Below, in pieces: positions 39,345-49,499 of a stretch of 64,000 nucleotides of DNA; position 1 is the first letter of the stretch; every line of letters starts with the position of its first letter. The stretch lies in the IMG/VR virus record IMGVR_UViG_3300010998_000812. One strand, 5' to 3'. The notes beneath the pieces were generated by a model. The model saw only the letters and a program-made list of their open reading frames with translations. It was not told where the DNA came from and did not search any database. The translations under genes and the position numbers were made by a program. This stretch comes from an uncultured virus (IMG/VR IMGVR_UViG_3300010998_000812) (lineage: Duplodnaviria > Heunggongvirae > Uroviricota > Caudoviricetes).

Positions 39345-39635
39345 TAGCACCTGCTTGAGACCTTGAATTTACCCGCTCGATTAGAGATGCTGTGCTGACC
39401 GGAAACTTCACTCACCTTCGATTTGAAGAACGGGGTATCAAACTCAACGGAGCAGAGACCTTTAAGAAGCACCGAGCTTTCAAAAGAAGCAGATACTTCC
39501 AAACCACACCACCCCTGTACAGTCCTGAAACACGAAAAGCCATACTGTTTAATAGCAAGGGGTTGTGTAGCACCGTCCTCGATGTGGGTGCAGGTGTTCC
39601 CCACATCTGCGGGCAGGATTTCCCCGTGGTGCTGA
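39345..39635 (-). ncRNA. Candidate structured RNA upstream of dam
   Basis: On the minus strand: AGCACC/GGTGCT helix, GATGTGGG/CCCACATC hairpin whose loop CACCTGC complements GCAGGTG about 245 nt downstream. Confidence 0.4.
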
Positions 39636-39689
39636 AAAAACGGAAAAATCACTGGAAAAGTGAATTTTTAGATGAAAATTAAATGAAAT

Positions 39690-40285
39690 TGCATCTACTG
39701 TAGCCACCCGCGCCTGTCAGCTCGTCTACTGCTGACCGGATCCAGTTCGTCCAATCCATAACGCGAGCCCCCTGTCTTTCGACAACGAACCCTTGATAGT
39801 GATATATCAATATCAGCCGCCCCCTCTAATTTTTGCGTGTGTCCATCGCGACGGTCAGAGTCACCCGTCTCACCGGGATACCACTGCTACAGTACGATAC
39901 CTCGGAGTGCATTTTCAGCCCACTACCCTTCGGCTACACCAAACCATCTGCTGTGCCTCTCCTTAAGATTGGCTGTGCAAGAATAAATCCGTACACAAGT
40001 ATATTTAACGAGCGGGGCAGACAAGGTGGGGAATCCCGCTCTTTTCAGTTGTATCACTCGTCCGAGCCTGACACACAAGCCTTGAAGGTTCGGAACTGCT
40101 TATCAAGGAAACTCTGGTAAAAACCAAAGACCATCAGGTATTTACCTTTATCATTTGCGGATGATGTCCGCTCAGGTTGACGATACCTGAGTACGGGAGC
40201 GGTATTCCTGTACTTCAACGAAAAGAAATGGTGTCTTCACAGGCATATGTACGAAGTGATCCCGACCGTCCGGCGGTACACGAAT
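39690..40285 (-). ncRNA. Candidate large (~600-nt) structured RNA
   Basis: Starts after a minus-strand CATACTA promoter (~40303), no credible ORF, many GC-rich hairpins (CTCAGGT/ACCTGAG, GAGCGGG/CCCGCTC, GTCAGC/GCTGAC). Confidence 0.5.
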
Positions 40286-40512
40286 TATCATCAATATTAG
40301 TATGATTTTTCAGAGTGAAAAAAATAAAGAAGATAATCAATTCCTGAATTTCTGTTTTATAAGGGATAATGTCATACTATTATTATCTAAATACCTTGAC
40401 GAATGGAGTATTAAACAGCATCAGACCTGCGTACTGAATGTCTGTACTCATCATCAAGGCTTATTATTTCAACGTTTCGGCTTAAAAGTGCCGCATGAAA
40501 GGAAGGTTTATT

Positions 40513-40827
40513 ATGATGGGTTACACAAATTCAAACATCTCTGAAATCACCAACAAGCTGTATTCTGTTACTTCGGAAGGTTCCGAGACTGAAAAGGAAG
40601 TCTATCCTTTGGACGACAACTACTTCATATCCTGTCACGTTATCCACGGCAGAAGCGGAAACAGTGCCGGTCTCACTCTCGAAACCAAGGAGTCCCCTGT
40701 GTACGGGTGTGTAATAAGCGCCAACAGTAAGGGCGACAGGTATAACTTCGACACATCGGTCCTCCGGATGATACAGACGTATCACAATATGAAGAGGAGC
40801 GCAGAGCTGAACGCAGTATTTTGCTGA
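40513..40827 (+). CDS. Hypothetical protein
   Basis: RBS GAAAGGAAGG, terminator after. Confidence 0.65.
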   Translation: MMGYTNSNISEITNKLYSVTSEGSETEKEVYPLDDNYFISCHVIHGRSGNSAGLTLETKESPVYGCVISANSKGDRYNFDTSVLRMIQTYHNMKRSAELNAVFC

Positions 40828-40886
40828 ACAAAAGAAAAAACGGGCGGTGTATTCGCCCGTTTTTCTTCTTAAGTGCGGTCTGCTCA

Positions 40887-41099
40887 TTAAAGGGCTTCGA
40901 TAGCGTCAATCGATGTTCTGATCTTTGCGACGATGCCCTTTGATTTAGCTATAAGCTTTGTCACCTCAGCATCGCTCGGAATTTCTCCTTCTTCCTTGCA
41001 GAACAACGCACTGCCGACCTCAAGTTCAAGAGAGCTTGAAGCCTCGCTGATTTTGTCGGTTTCCGACTTAAGTACGTCCATTGCTTCTTTTGTAGACAT
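40887..41099 (-). CDS. Small helical hypothetical protein
   Basis: RBS AGGAGG. Confidence 0.6.
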   Translation of the reverse strand: MSTKEAMDVLKSETDKISEASSSLELEVGSALFCKEEGEIPSDAEVTKLIAKSKGIVAKIRTSIDAIEAL

Positions 41100-41131
41100 T
41101 GTTTTGTTCCTCCTGTCGTAAAAGTTGTTGC

Positions 41132-41344
41132 TTACTCTTGGCTGTTCGCGTTAGCCAAGAGGTTTATTGTATAAGAAAGATGCAGCTTAGCCTTCTTGAG
41201 GTTGCACACAGCCTTGGTTGCGTCAGTCGAAGAAAGTTCATCGCTATTATGTGCATCTTTTGCCTTATCCTGTATGTAGAGAATGATATTGTCAATCTCT
41301 TCACTCATGTTCTTCAGAGCCTCTACCGATGTTTCATTTATCAT
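41132..41344 (-). CDS. Small helical hypothetical protein
   Basis: RBS GAGG, in an operon. Confidence 0.6.
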   Translation of the reverse strand: MINETSVEALKNMSEEIDNIILYIQDKAKDAHNSDELSSTDATKAVCNLKKAKLHLSYTINLLANANSQE

Positions 41345-41354
41345 GTCAGTTACC

Positions 41355-42836
41355 TCACTTTAAGTTATCTTCGAGAAGACCTTTGATGATCTCCGCGTTT
41401 GTACTGTTGCTGTGTATATAAGGAACATTTCTTCTTTTACACAAGTCCTTAAGCTTTTTGTAATAACTGTGACTGATATACGTAGTCACCATTACCACCG
41501 CAGCGAAGCGGGACACATCAATATAGCCGTTACAAAGCGTGAACTCCGCGTTCGGAAACGTCTGCTTGATGTTCTGCTCGAAGACCGGGCGTTTATCAGA
41601 AACAAAGAGAAGAGGTAAACTTGTATCAAATGGACTTTCGACGAGGGCTACAGCTTCTTGCTCTGGTTCGTCGTCTGTAGACTCTGTTGAAGATTCACCG
41701 GCATTACTACCTCTAACACTGTCCTTAAGCTGGTTGTACTTAACGAGCAGATTGTCATATTTTGCAGCAAGGGTATCATTTTGTGCTCTAAGCTCATCTA
41801 ACTCACTGGCATCAGGCTTATCAGGCTTTACTGATGCTTGTTCACTGATTTGAGCACGGAGACTTGCAATAGTCCGCTCTTGATCTGCAAGCTTTTCCTG
41901 AGCGGATGAAAGTTCAGCTTCGAGCGACTTGTTCTGTTTCTCAAGAGTACGCAACTCGTCACGAACAATGGATTCGCATCTGTCGTCATAGTGAGTGCTA
42001 TCGAAATAAAGAGAAATCTCATAATATGCCGCCGTGAGCATTTCTGTGAGCATAAGTCTCAAATCACCCACATAATCAGGCAGAATCTGCATTAGACTCT
42101 CTTTCTTGATAGGAGAAAGCGTGTTATAATTAGTCTCCGAGCGGTTTATTACCAAAATACGACAGCGAAGATAGTTTTTAATGACATCGTGAATTACTTT
42201 ATCAACCAGCTTATGTACGGTTTGTATATTTGAAAAATTACAAATCCAGTCGAGAAATGCTCTGTACTTCTCTTTTGAACAAATAACAGGAATGGAAGAC
42301 GCGACAAATAAATCGAATATAAAGAAGGCATCTCTGTCGTCATCTTTTATGGCATTCAAAAAACATAAATATAATTTTAATAATTCAGTTATATACTTTG
42401 TAAGCGAAGGAGAGGAGTCGTTCAAAAATATCTTCATATTATTCGAGAAAATCGGAGCCGCTTTTGATATATACTCAGAAACAGCGTCCATCACTTTAAC
42501 TGAATATCTTGTAAACATTTTTGTTTCCCAAAGGTCTTCTACAAAGCTGATATCCCCAAGCAAGGCGGTCGCCTCTTTGTGTGGGGAAGCCGGCTTACTT
42601 GCTTTCGCAAAAAACTTATTTGCTACTCTGTAATATGTTTGCACTTCGTTGACGCCATCCACGGTTTCAGAAGTATTTATTATACAGAGATTTTTATTAT
42701 CAGCGCTGTGCCCGCTCGCTTTAGGTGTGCTTTTATTAACCTCATCCTTACAATGCTTGATTATAGCACGATCCAATTCCCGCCCGGATAAGACTTTAAA
42801 GTCGTCATATCTTGATTTACGTGTGTTTGGTTTCAT
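41355..42836 (-). CDS. Coiled-coil protein with C-terminal DUF2325-like domain
   Basis: Central coiled coil, VVMVTTYISHSYYKKLKDLCKRRNVPYIH. Paralog of 47551-48915. Confidence 0.7.
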   Translation of the reverse strand: MKPNTRKSRYDDFKVLSGRELDRAIIKHCKDEVNKSTPKASGHSADNKNLCIINTSETVDGVNEVQTYYRVANKFFAKASKPASPHKEATALLGDISFVEDLWETKMFTRYSVKVMDAVSEYISKAAPIFSNNMKIFLNDSSPSLTKYITELLKLYLCFLNAIKDDDRDAFFIFDLFVASSIPVICSKEKYRAFLDWICNFSNIQTVHKLVDKVIHDVIKNYLRCRILVINRSETNYNTLSPIKKESLMQILPDYVGDLRLMLTEMLTAAYYEISLYFDSTHYDDRCESIVRDELRTLEKQNKSLEAELSSAQEKLADQERTIASLRAQISEQASVKPDKPDASELDELRAQNDTLAAKYDNLLVKYNQLKDSVRGSNAGESSTESTDDEPEQEAVALVESPFDTSLPLLFVSDKRPVFEQNIKQTFPNAEFTLCNGYIDVSRFAAVVMVTTYISHSYYKKLKDLCKRRNVPYIHSNSTNAEIIKGLLEDNLK

Positions 42837-43010
42837 AAAAATCCTCCTTTGCTTAAGCGAATGATTTAACCTTCGACAATAGTATGACTTTTGAAGAGGA
42901 AAAACGCAAACTATTGTCTTTCCTACACATTATTTTTGTTTATATCTCTGAGTTGTCATACTATTTATAGTATTTATATCCAGACGAACGGAGAAAGGAA
43001 GGTGATAATT

Positions 43011-43742
43011 ATGTTAGAAGTAAAAACAGATAAAAATGGTACGTATTGTATCGTTTCCCCTAAGATGGAAGACCTTGATGAGAACTTTGTTCTGCACATC
43101 CCTATATGTGACAGGCTTATAGAAGGATCTATTAATGATAATATGAAATTGTTGATTACAGGCGTTGTTATACCTGAAGGAGTGAAGTTTATAGGTAGAG
43201 CGGTATTCAGTGGACTTATTAAACTTAGAAATGTCGTTTTACCCGAATCCTTGGAAACGATAGGTTTAGAGGCATTCCAAAATACTGCTATAAACGACAT
43301 AGACTTTAAGAATGTCAAAAAAATAGGACCAATGGCTTTTGAAGGTTCACGCCTGAAACATATTACAGTCAGGAATGATTGTGAAGTGGATGCGATGGCT
43401 TTTGACAACTGTGATTTCTTAAATCATATCACATTCACAGGCGGCGGCAAACCGAAGCTTTCCTTCTGCATAAGCAATAAGGAGTATGAGATAAGCTATA
43501 ACGGCGTAACGGAAAGAATACTTCCGTACGGACATGACTTTGAGTTCGTACATCTCCAGACGGTAACGCTTGATGATTTCTTGATATACGAGGGATTTGT
43601 GCGATATCCTAACGGAACAACAAAGGAAGAACATCTGATACTTCAGAAAGGTACAGGTATAGGCTATCCGAAAATTATTGAACGTGTGTACGATATCGGT
43701 AGTCTCGAAAGATTCATTAAAAGTGAAAGGAGAAAGCAATAA
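43011..43742 (+). CDS. BspA-type leucine-rich repeat protein
   Basis: VIPEGVKFIG..F..L..VVLPESLETIG..AF repeats. Confidence 0.8.
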   Translation: MLEVKTDKNGTYCIVSPKMEDLDENFVLHIPICDRLIEGSINDNMKLLITGVVIPEGVKFIGRAVFSGLIKLRNVVLPESLETIGLEAFQNTAINDIDFKNVKKIGPMAFEGSRLKHITVRNDCEVDAMAFDNCDFLNHITFTGGGKPKLSFCISNKEYEISYNGVTERILPYGHDFEFVHLQTVTLDDFLIYEGFVRYPNGTTKEEHLILQKGTGIGYPKIIERVYDIGSLERFIKSERRKQ

Positions 43743-43745
43743 ACT

Positions 43746-44567
43746 ATGAAAGTAAAAGGAACAGGCGGCGCATTTGCCGGAGAAATGTTGATAGAAGTAC
43801 TTGACGAAGACATTGACGAAAGAGGTGTTTTCGTTATACCAGAACATATTACTTGCATTGATAGTGGTGTGTTCAAAGGAAATACCAAATTGAAAAGAGT
43901 AATCGGCAAGGGTATAAAAGGGATAGGCAGCGATGCCTTCTCGGAGTGTTTATTATTGGAGGACATTTGTTTTCCTCATGCACAGAGTATAGGCACATCT
44001 GCGTTTGAAGGATGCGAGTCTCTCAGGAAAGTGTCTCTTTTAAACAAGTTCGACCCTGATTCTGGATTAGGCGAGAAAATTTTTTCGGGCTGTACAGCGC
44101 TGAATACTCTCGATTTATCCGCTTACAAGTGGATACCATACATACTGATAGGAGAGAAGCAACATCTTGACAAGCTTATACTCAGCGGCAAAAGTACAGT
44201 AGATTCTAATCCTATCTATATTGACGATGGATTAAATATAGAAATTGTCGAATATTCAGATAAGATGCCAACGAACCCATTAGGCTTGAACCAGCGAAGA
44301 TACACAATAGTTGACCCAAATAAAGCTATAGATTGCATAGGTGTTGACGATCACGTATTTCAAATTGAACAGACTATAAAGATAAACCCTTGGATAAGGC
44401 TGTTCTGCGGAAAAACCATTGCGGGAGAAATTAACTGTCCATATGGTATGGCATACGGCGAATATGAGGACTATTACAGCTATAAGCTGTACACATCAAT
44501 TGAAAACTTCCGTAAGGATATGAATGATGATTTTCGGCTTGAAGGAGAAAGCGAAAACATAGTTTAA
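43746..44567 (+). CDS. BspA-type leucine-rich repeat protein
   Basis: IPEHITCI..IGSDAFSEC..IGTSAFEGCESL. Confidence 0.8.
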   Translation: MKVKGTGGAFAGEMLIEVLDEDIDERGVFVIPEHITCIDSGVFKGNTKLKRVIGKGIKGIGSDAFSECLLLEDICFPHAQSIGTSAFEGCESLRKVSLLNKFDPDSGLGEKIFSGCTALNTLDLSAYKWIPYILIGEKQHLDKLILSGKSTVDSNPIYIDDGLNIEIVEYSDKMPTNPLGLNQRRYTIVDPNKAIDCIGVDDHVFQIEQTIKINPWIRLFCGKTIAGEINCPYGMAYGEYEDYYSYKLYTSIENFRKDMNDDFRLEGESENIV

Positions 44568-44572
44568 GGAGA

Positions 44573-44806
44573 ATGAAAATGACGGATATGTTTGGTAATG
44601 CGCTTGAGGTAGGAGACAAAATCGTCTTTGCAAACCTTGTGAAGTCGAATTATAGCTCTCCGATAAGAGGAACTCTTAGAACAGGCATTATAGACCGCTT
44701 TACGAAATCCGGAAACGAATGTTATGTAGGAAAGGGTGACGGAAAGTTTTTTCGTCTTTCTTCTGCCTTTATTCTGAAGTACGCCTACCCGGTTGAAAAG
44801 ACCTGA
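44573..44806 (+). CDS. Small hypothetical protein
   Basis: DMFGNALEVGDKIVF, a phage-like SH3-type pattern. Confidence 0.6.
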   Translation: MKMTDMFGNALEVGDKIVFANLVKSNYSSPIRGTLRTGIIDRFTKSGNECYVGKGDGKFFRLSSAFILKYAYPVEKT

Positions 44807-44825
44807 TGCAAGAGGAGATCAACGA

Positions 44826-45590
44826 ATGAAAATAAGCGATGGAAAGCTGATAGATGTAAGAGATGAAGATGTGCCGGAAGACGGAACACTGGTTTTGCCC
44901 GATGATGTAACTGAGATATCTAATTCGGCTTTATGTAGCAAAGTCAGGGTCTTAGTGGGCAATAACGTGAAGAAGGTTACAGATAGCGCTTGTATATATG
45001 ACAACCTTCAGGAAATCTATCTTCCACAAGCGGTTATTGTCAGCCGACACGCCTTTTCGGGATGTAGGTCTTTGAAAAAGGCGAGACTGCTTAAGGATAG
45101 GACTTTAAACAGCTATATCGGCGTATCTGCATTCGCGAACACAGCCTTAAGTGAGCTTGATATATCGGGATACGATATTGTCGATAAATATGTGTTTGAA
45201 GGGTCATATTCTCTTACGAAGCTGTGTATGCACAGCACGAGAGAAATAGCAGGTACAGGAGCGATGATGAACCCTTATCAGTTACAGGAGGTCGAATATG
45301 TCGATAAATTCCCTGACGTGATAAGCATCTACCCGTATAGAAAGCTCACTGTATCTTCTTGCGGAAAGGAACGGCATTTCCTTTGCATTGAAAAGACCAC
45401 GTTCGAGATAATGCAGTCGATGGAAATGAACGGAGCTGTAATACATTGCGGGAAAACAGCCTGTAAACACTACATTGACGAATGTGTGTACGCTTCGGAA
45501 TTCGATAGCCGGATAAAGCTGTACACATCTCTCGAAAACTTAAAGAAGGACGCTGATGCAGGGTTTACGCTTGAAGGCGGGATACTGTAA
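44826..45590 (+). CDS. BspA-type leucine-rich repeat protein
   Basis: LPDDVTEI..AFSGCRSL..IGVSAFANTAL, C-terminal KLYTS.EN shared with 43746-44567. Confidence 0.8.
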   Translation: MKISDGKLIDVRDEDVPEDGTLVLPDDVTEISNSALCSKVRVLVGNNVKKVTDSACIYDNLQEIYLPQAVIVSRHAFSGCRSLKKARLLKDRTLNSYIGVSAFANTALSELDISGYDIVDKYVFEGSYSLTKLCMHSTREIAGTGAMMNPYQLQEVEYVDKFPDVISIYPYRKLTVSSCGKERHFLCIEKTTFEIMQSMEMNGAVIHCGKTACKHYIDECVYASEFDSRIKLYTSLENLKKDADAGFTLEGGIL

Positions 45591-45622
45591 AAGCGAACAG
45601 GAAGTTGAAGAAGGAGAACGAT

Positions 45623-46069
45623 ATGCTTTTTGATACTGAATTTGAGCCGTTCACAGAACAGGATTACGAGAACTGTTTAGATACATATGCAAATATGGAT
45701 CGCTCATATCTGAGAGTAACCGAACGCGGCGGACACTTTGATATTCGCTGCTGTGAAAATGAAAGAGTGATACTGTCCGGGGACAGCGATATGCTGAACT
45801 CTGAAGAACAGTATTACTCGTATAACGAAATGATTACAGATATCATAGAGAGGATAGAAGAAGAAATGTTTACAGTAAAGGAATTTCTCATGAACTTCGT
45901 TGATCCTTACGGGCAGCAGTTCCGAATTTGGGATAACGAGATCGAGGATGTCGTTTATGACGGGTATCTTGACGATCTTCCCGACAGATATGCTGACACT
46001 TATGTGACAAGCATTGACAACATCGACGAAGACAGCATACTTACCATCAACATAGGCGATAACGAATGA
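45623..46069 (+). CDS. Highly acidic hypothetical protein
   Basis: RBS AAGGAG, very D/E rich. Confidence 0.65.
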   Translation: MLFDTEFEPFTEQDYENCLDTYANMDRSYLRVTERGGHFDIRCCENERVILSGDSDMLNSEEQYYSYNEMITDIIERIEEEMFTVKEFLMNFVDPYGQQFRIWDNEIEDVVYDGYLDDLPDRYADTYVTSIDNIDEDSILTINIGDNE

Positions 46070-46129
46070 ACACAAGCTTGACATTAACTACATAGGGTAG
46101 TATAATGAAATAACAAATGGAGGCTATGT

Positions 46130-46852
46130 ATGAAAATAGGGATAACCGAAAGAGGAGACGCGGGAATAGATTTCTCTTGGGCAGATAAGCTCTGCGAAGG
46201 AAACATTCTTATAACAAAGCAGCTTCATACAAGGAACGATAAGCTGATTGACCTTTTACTTCAGAATAAGGATAAGGTCATTCTTCATGTTACCTGCACA
46301 GGATACGGAGGGACCAAGATAGAACCTCATGTTCCTAAGCCGGAAGATGTGAAGATGGGAGTATATAAACTCTTAAGGGAAGGGTTCCCTGTGGAACAAA
46401 TCGTTCTTAGGACTGACCCTATCATTCCTACACAAACCGGTATCAGCGTAGTAAAGGCTGTTTGGGATCTCTTTAAGGATACCGGCATAACGAGAGTTCG
46501 TTACTCCGTGATAGATATGTACCCGCATGTAAGGGAAAGGTTTACCGCAAACGGTATATGGCTTCCTTTCAACACATTCCTTGCTCCTAAGGCGATGATG
46601 GATGCTGTAAGAGAGGCGGTCACTACATACGACGGTCCTTACGGATTTGAGGCTTGTGCCGAAAATCTCCCTGTACAGACCGGCTGCATCAGCAAGAAAG
46701 ACCTCGAACTGCTCGGATTGCCGACAGAAGAGGCTATAGGCGGGTTCCAAAGAAAAGGATGTCTTTGCCTTGCAGGTAAGACCGAACTTTTGACAAATAA
46801 GCGCAGATGTCCTTCGGGATGCCTGTACTGCTACTGGAAAGATAATAAGTAA
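46130..46852 (+). CDS. DUF1848-like protein with C-terminal CxxxCxYC
   Basis: ITK..TGYG..IEPHVP..LRTDPI..ACAE..GCI..CLC..CPSGCLYCY. Confidence 0.7.
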   Translation: MKIGITERGDAGIDFSWADKLCEGNILITKQLHTRNDKLIDLLLQNKDKVILHVTCTGYGGTKIEPHVPKPEDVKMGVYKLLREGFPVEQIVLRTDPIIPTQTGISVVKAVWDLFKDTGITRVRYSVIDMYPHVRERFTANGIWLPFNTFLAPKAMMDAVREAVTTYDGPYGFEACAENLPVQTGCISKKDLELLGLPTEEAIGGFQRKGCLCLAGKTELLTNKRRCPSGCLYCYWKDNK

Positions 46853-46861
46853 GGAGAACAT

Positions 46862-47302
46862 ATGAACAAAAACGATTATACAGGAATATGCGTAGTAACA
46901 GGTCAGAACGGCCCCGGTAAGACGAAAGCGTTATTTGAACTTCAGGGAAAATATCCTAAAGCGAAGGTTCTCGACGAGCCAGAACAGGCGCTTGACCCAA
47001 ACAATGCGATAGCACTTGCAGAAAAACTGTTGAAAGGCTATAAGGAAAACAAACAGCACCTTATCATAAGTACGAAAAGTATGCTATTCTTAAGAGCTAT
47101 CGAGTGCTACTCAGATTATTTCGGCGTTATGCGCGACCTCAATGTCTATGATATGGACAGCGCTGCCGAGAAGGGAAATATCGATACTGCTCCCAATGTT
47201 ATGTATTCGGAGTACGGTATATCCGAGATTTACGACAAATATAATAAAGCATTCAAATTCTTGGACAATCTGATTGACCGGGATGAGTGCGATACCGAAT
47301 AA
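46862..47302 (+). CDS. Minimal ABC/AAA-type ATPase-like protein
   Basis: GQNGPGKT, VLDEPEQALDP and ISTKS in only 146 aa. Confidence 0.6.
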   Translation: MNKNDYTGICVVTGQNGPGKTKALFELQGKYPKAKVLDEPEQALDPNNAIALAEKLLKGYKENKQHLIISTKSMLFLRAIECYSDYFGVMRDLNVYDMDSAAEKGNIDTAPNVMYSEYGISEIYDKYNKAFKFLDNLIDRDECDTE

Positions 47303-47550
47303 AGCAACATAATAATCACCAACGAGAAATGAGCGGGGAAACTTGCTCATTTTTCTTTTTGCACAGAAAAACTGCCGGATTTTATAAACTCGGCAGTCTT
47401 TTGCTATTTGTAAGCCCATTTACTGTTCACAGTAAAGTTTATCGGGAATGTTATAAGAAAGCTTATACAGAATCCGACAGTCTTTGATAAATAGTCCATA
47501 ATGGATGAGCGTATTTATAACCCTTACAAGCCCAAACTGAATTACTTTCT

Positions 47551-48915
47551 TCACGATTTTGCCAACTGCTCTCCGATAAGTTGCTTGATTCGGTCAGTAT
47601 TTGTGTGAGCACAATGTATGTAATTAGCTCCGCAATCCTTACACCTGTCCTTGAACTTTGCGTACATAGAATGAGAAATGCGTGAGGTTATGATGATGAC
47701 CATAGTATATTTGTTGAAATCTATAGACAGATCGGACATTGTGAATTCAGCATTCGGAAAAGTCTCTCTGATATAATTCTCAAACTTGGCGTTCCGGTCA
47801 ACAATGAAGAGGTATGGAGCCTCAACATCAACATCTACACTCATTGGTTGCACAGGATCTTCCACTTGTATATCTCCTTCAGACAAGGAGGGCGCAGAAC
47901 AGTCCTTTCCGGACGACTTAAGGTCGTTATATTGAACGAGGAGGTTTTCATACTTTTCGCTAAGTACCGAATACCTTGCATCAGCTTCCAAAAGCTCCTG
48001 AGACCGGTCAATAACGACAGGCTTGGCGCTTTCCTTAACAGCCTTCAGGTTCTCAATTTCCGCCGCTTGACGAGCATTGATTACCTCAAAATCCTTAAGT
48101 CTGGTGTTTAACGCCTGTATCTCGTTGCTTTGCTTCCTTATTTCTCTTTCGTGAGCAAGTTCTGTATGTTCCTCGTCGTGAGTTGCATTGTATTCAATGA
48201 CGATCTCATAAAACACACGAGAGACAATATCTTTGAATATACGCAGGGAATCTCCGATTGTTTCAGGCAGATACTTCATAATGGATTCGGACTTGAACTG
48301 CTTACCTGCGGGCTGCTGAAGAGCACATTCCTTAAGGTAATCCTTATACACAGCCCGCTGTGCGCGGCATGTGGGTTCAATCAAGTCTACTTTGCCGTCC
48401 ATTAAATCATGAACAAACGTACTGTATTTATCGGGGGAACAGATGATATGATGAGGACTGACTTTAGCAAACTCAAACAGGATATTATCCCCTCTGGGCA
48501 TTAAGCCGGAGTATTCCAAATAGCTGTACACACAAACATCTACAACGATCAATCTTATTGCCGGAACGAGAGAGGAGGCATCGGATTGTGTTTTCGGGAG
48601 ATGGTTTTTGCATAGCTCAGGAAAAGCTCGAACCACATAATCCATAACATTATTGTTTGCTTTGGATATGTAGCGGTCAAGACGCTTACCTTCAAGCGCA
48701 TCGATAAAATTTCGTCGCCTAAGGGAAGCTGTGACATAATCTGTCGGCTCATCGGAAGAAATTAAGTAATAACTCCCTTTGTACAGACGTCCCATCATAA
48801 GAAGCTTATCGTCGCGGTCGGCTTCGGGGTCGCTCATAACATCGTCGAATTCTTCGGCAGAGGGAATTCCTGTCGATAAAAAGAATTCACTCCGGTTTTC
48901 AAGTGTTGTTATCAT
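47551..48915 (-). CDS. Coiled-coil protein with C-terminal DUF2325-like domain
   Basis: VIIITSRISHSMYAKFKDRCK..YIH. Paralog of 41355-42836. Confidence 0.7.
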   Translation of the reverse strand: MITTLENRSEFFLSTGIPSAEEFDDVMSDPEADRDDKLLMMGRLYKGSYYLISSDEPTDYVTASLRRRNFIDALEGKRLDRYISKANNNVMDYVVRAFPELCKNHLPKTQSDASSLVPAIRLIVVDVCVYSYLEYSGLMPRGDNILFEFAKVSPHHIICSPDKYSTFVHDLMDGKVDLIEPTCRAQRAVYKDYLKECALQQPAGKQFKSESIMKYLPETIGDSLRIFKDIVSRVFYEIVIEYNATHDEEHTELAHEREIRKQSNEIQALNTRLKDFEVINARQAAEIENLKAVKESAKPVVIDRSQELLEADARYSVLSEKYENLLVQYNDLKSSGKDCSAPSLSEGDIQVEDPVQPMSVDVDVEAPYLFIVDRNAKFENYIRETFPNAEFTMSDLSIDFNKYTMVIIITSRISHSMYAKFKDRCKDCGANYIHCAHTNTDRIKQLIGEQLAKS

Positions 48916-49061
48916 ATATTGGACTTCCTTTCGTTTATATTTTATAATAGTATGATTTCCGGGAAGGGAAAACGAAAAGATATGTCTCTTGTACACAGAT
49001 AATCTCTATTTCGGATGAACAATCATACTATTATAAATTGAAGAAAGGCAGGTCAACCACA

Positions 49062-49256
49062 ATGAACACAAAAGACTTAAGCTATAAGATCACAGAAATG
49101 CTTGAAGAGGGGAAGGCAACTCCTAAAGCAGTAAATATAGCATTTGACAGCGGCAAGAAACTTGCCAGAGAGAACGGAATAGGGGTCGCTGCGTTCTACG
49201 GACTGTGGAACAGCGCAATGAACGAATATATAGCTCGCCATAAAGGTGAGTTGTGA
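49062..49256 (+). CDS. Small hypothetical protein
   Basis: First ORF after a CATACTA promoter. Confidence 0.55.
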   Translation: MNTKDLSYKITEMLEEGKATPKAVNIAFDSGKKLARENGIGVAAFYGLWNSAMNEYIARHKGEL

Positions 49257-49282
49257 AACAAAACATAAGGAGGGTAACAAAA

Positions 49283-49489
49283 ATGGGTAAAACAGCTCAT
49301 TTCAGCGATAATTGGGGTAAAAAGAACATTGAGTATCTCAAAAACGCTCCTATTTTCACAGAAGATAAGCATACAAAACTAATGGAGTGCAATATGGGCG
49401 AAAAGGTTCCCATACATAGAAGCGGTCCGATAGTAGCACGACAGCCAAAGTCGAGAAGGCTTAAGAAAAAACTCATACGCGGAAGGTAA
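49283..49489 (+). CDS. Small basic hypothetical protein
   Basis: RBS AAGGAGG. Confidence 0.55.
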   Translation: MGKTAHFSDNWGKKNIEYLKNAPIFTEDKHTKLMECNMGEKVPIHRSGPIVARQPKSRRLKKKLIRGR

Positions 49490-49499
49490 GGGAATATTC

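Noticed and set aside
39243..39350. Longer N-terminus of Dam
   Set aside because: The methylase motifs start after the RBS GAAAGGA and ATG at 39242.
34829..40290. RNase P, tmRNA, tRNA or rRNA identity for the large non-coding regions
   Set aside because: I found no GAGGAAAGUCC, tRNA-like GGTTCGA..CCA ends or rRNA signatures on either strand by eye.
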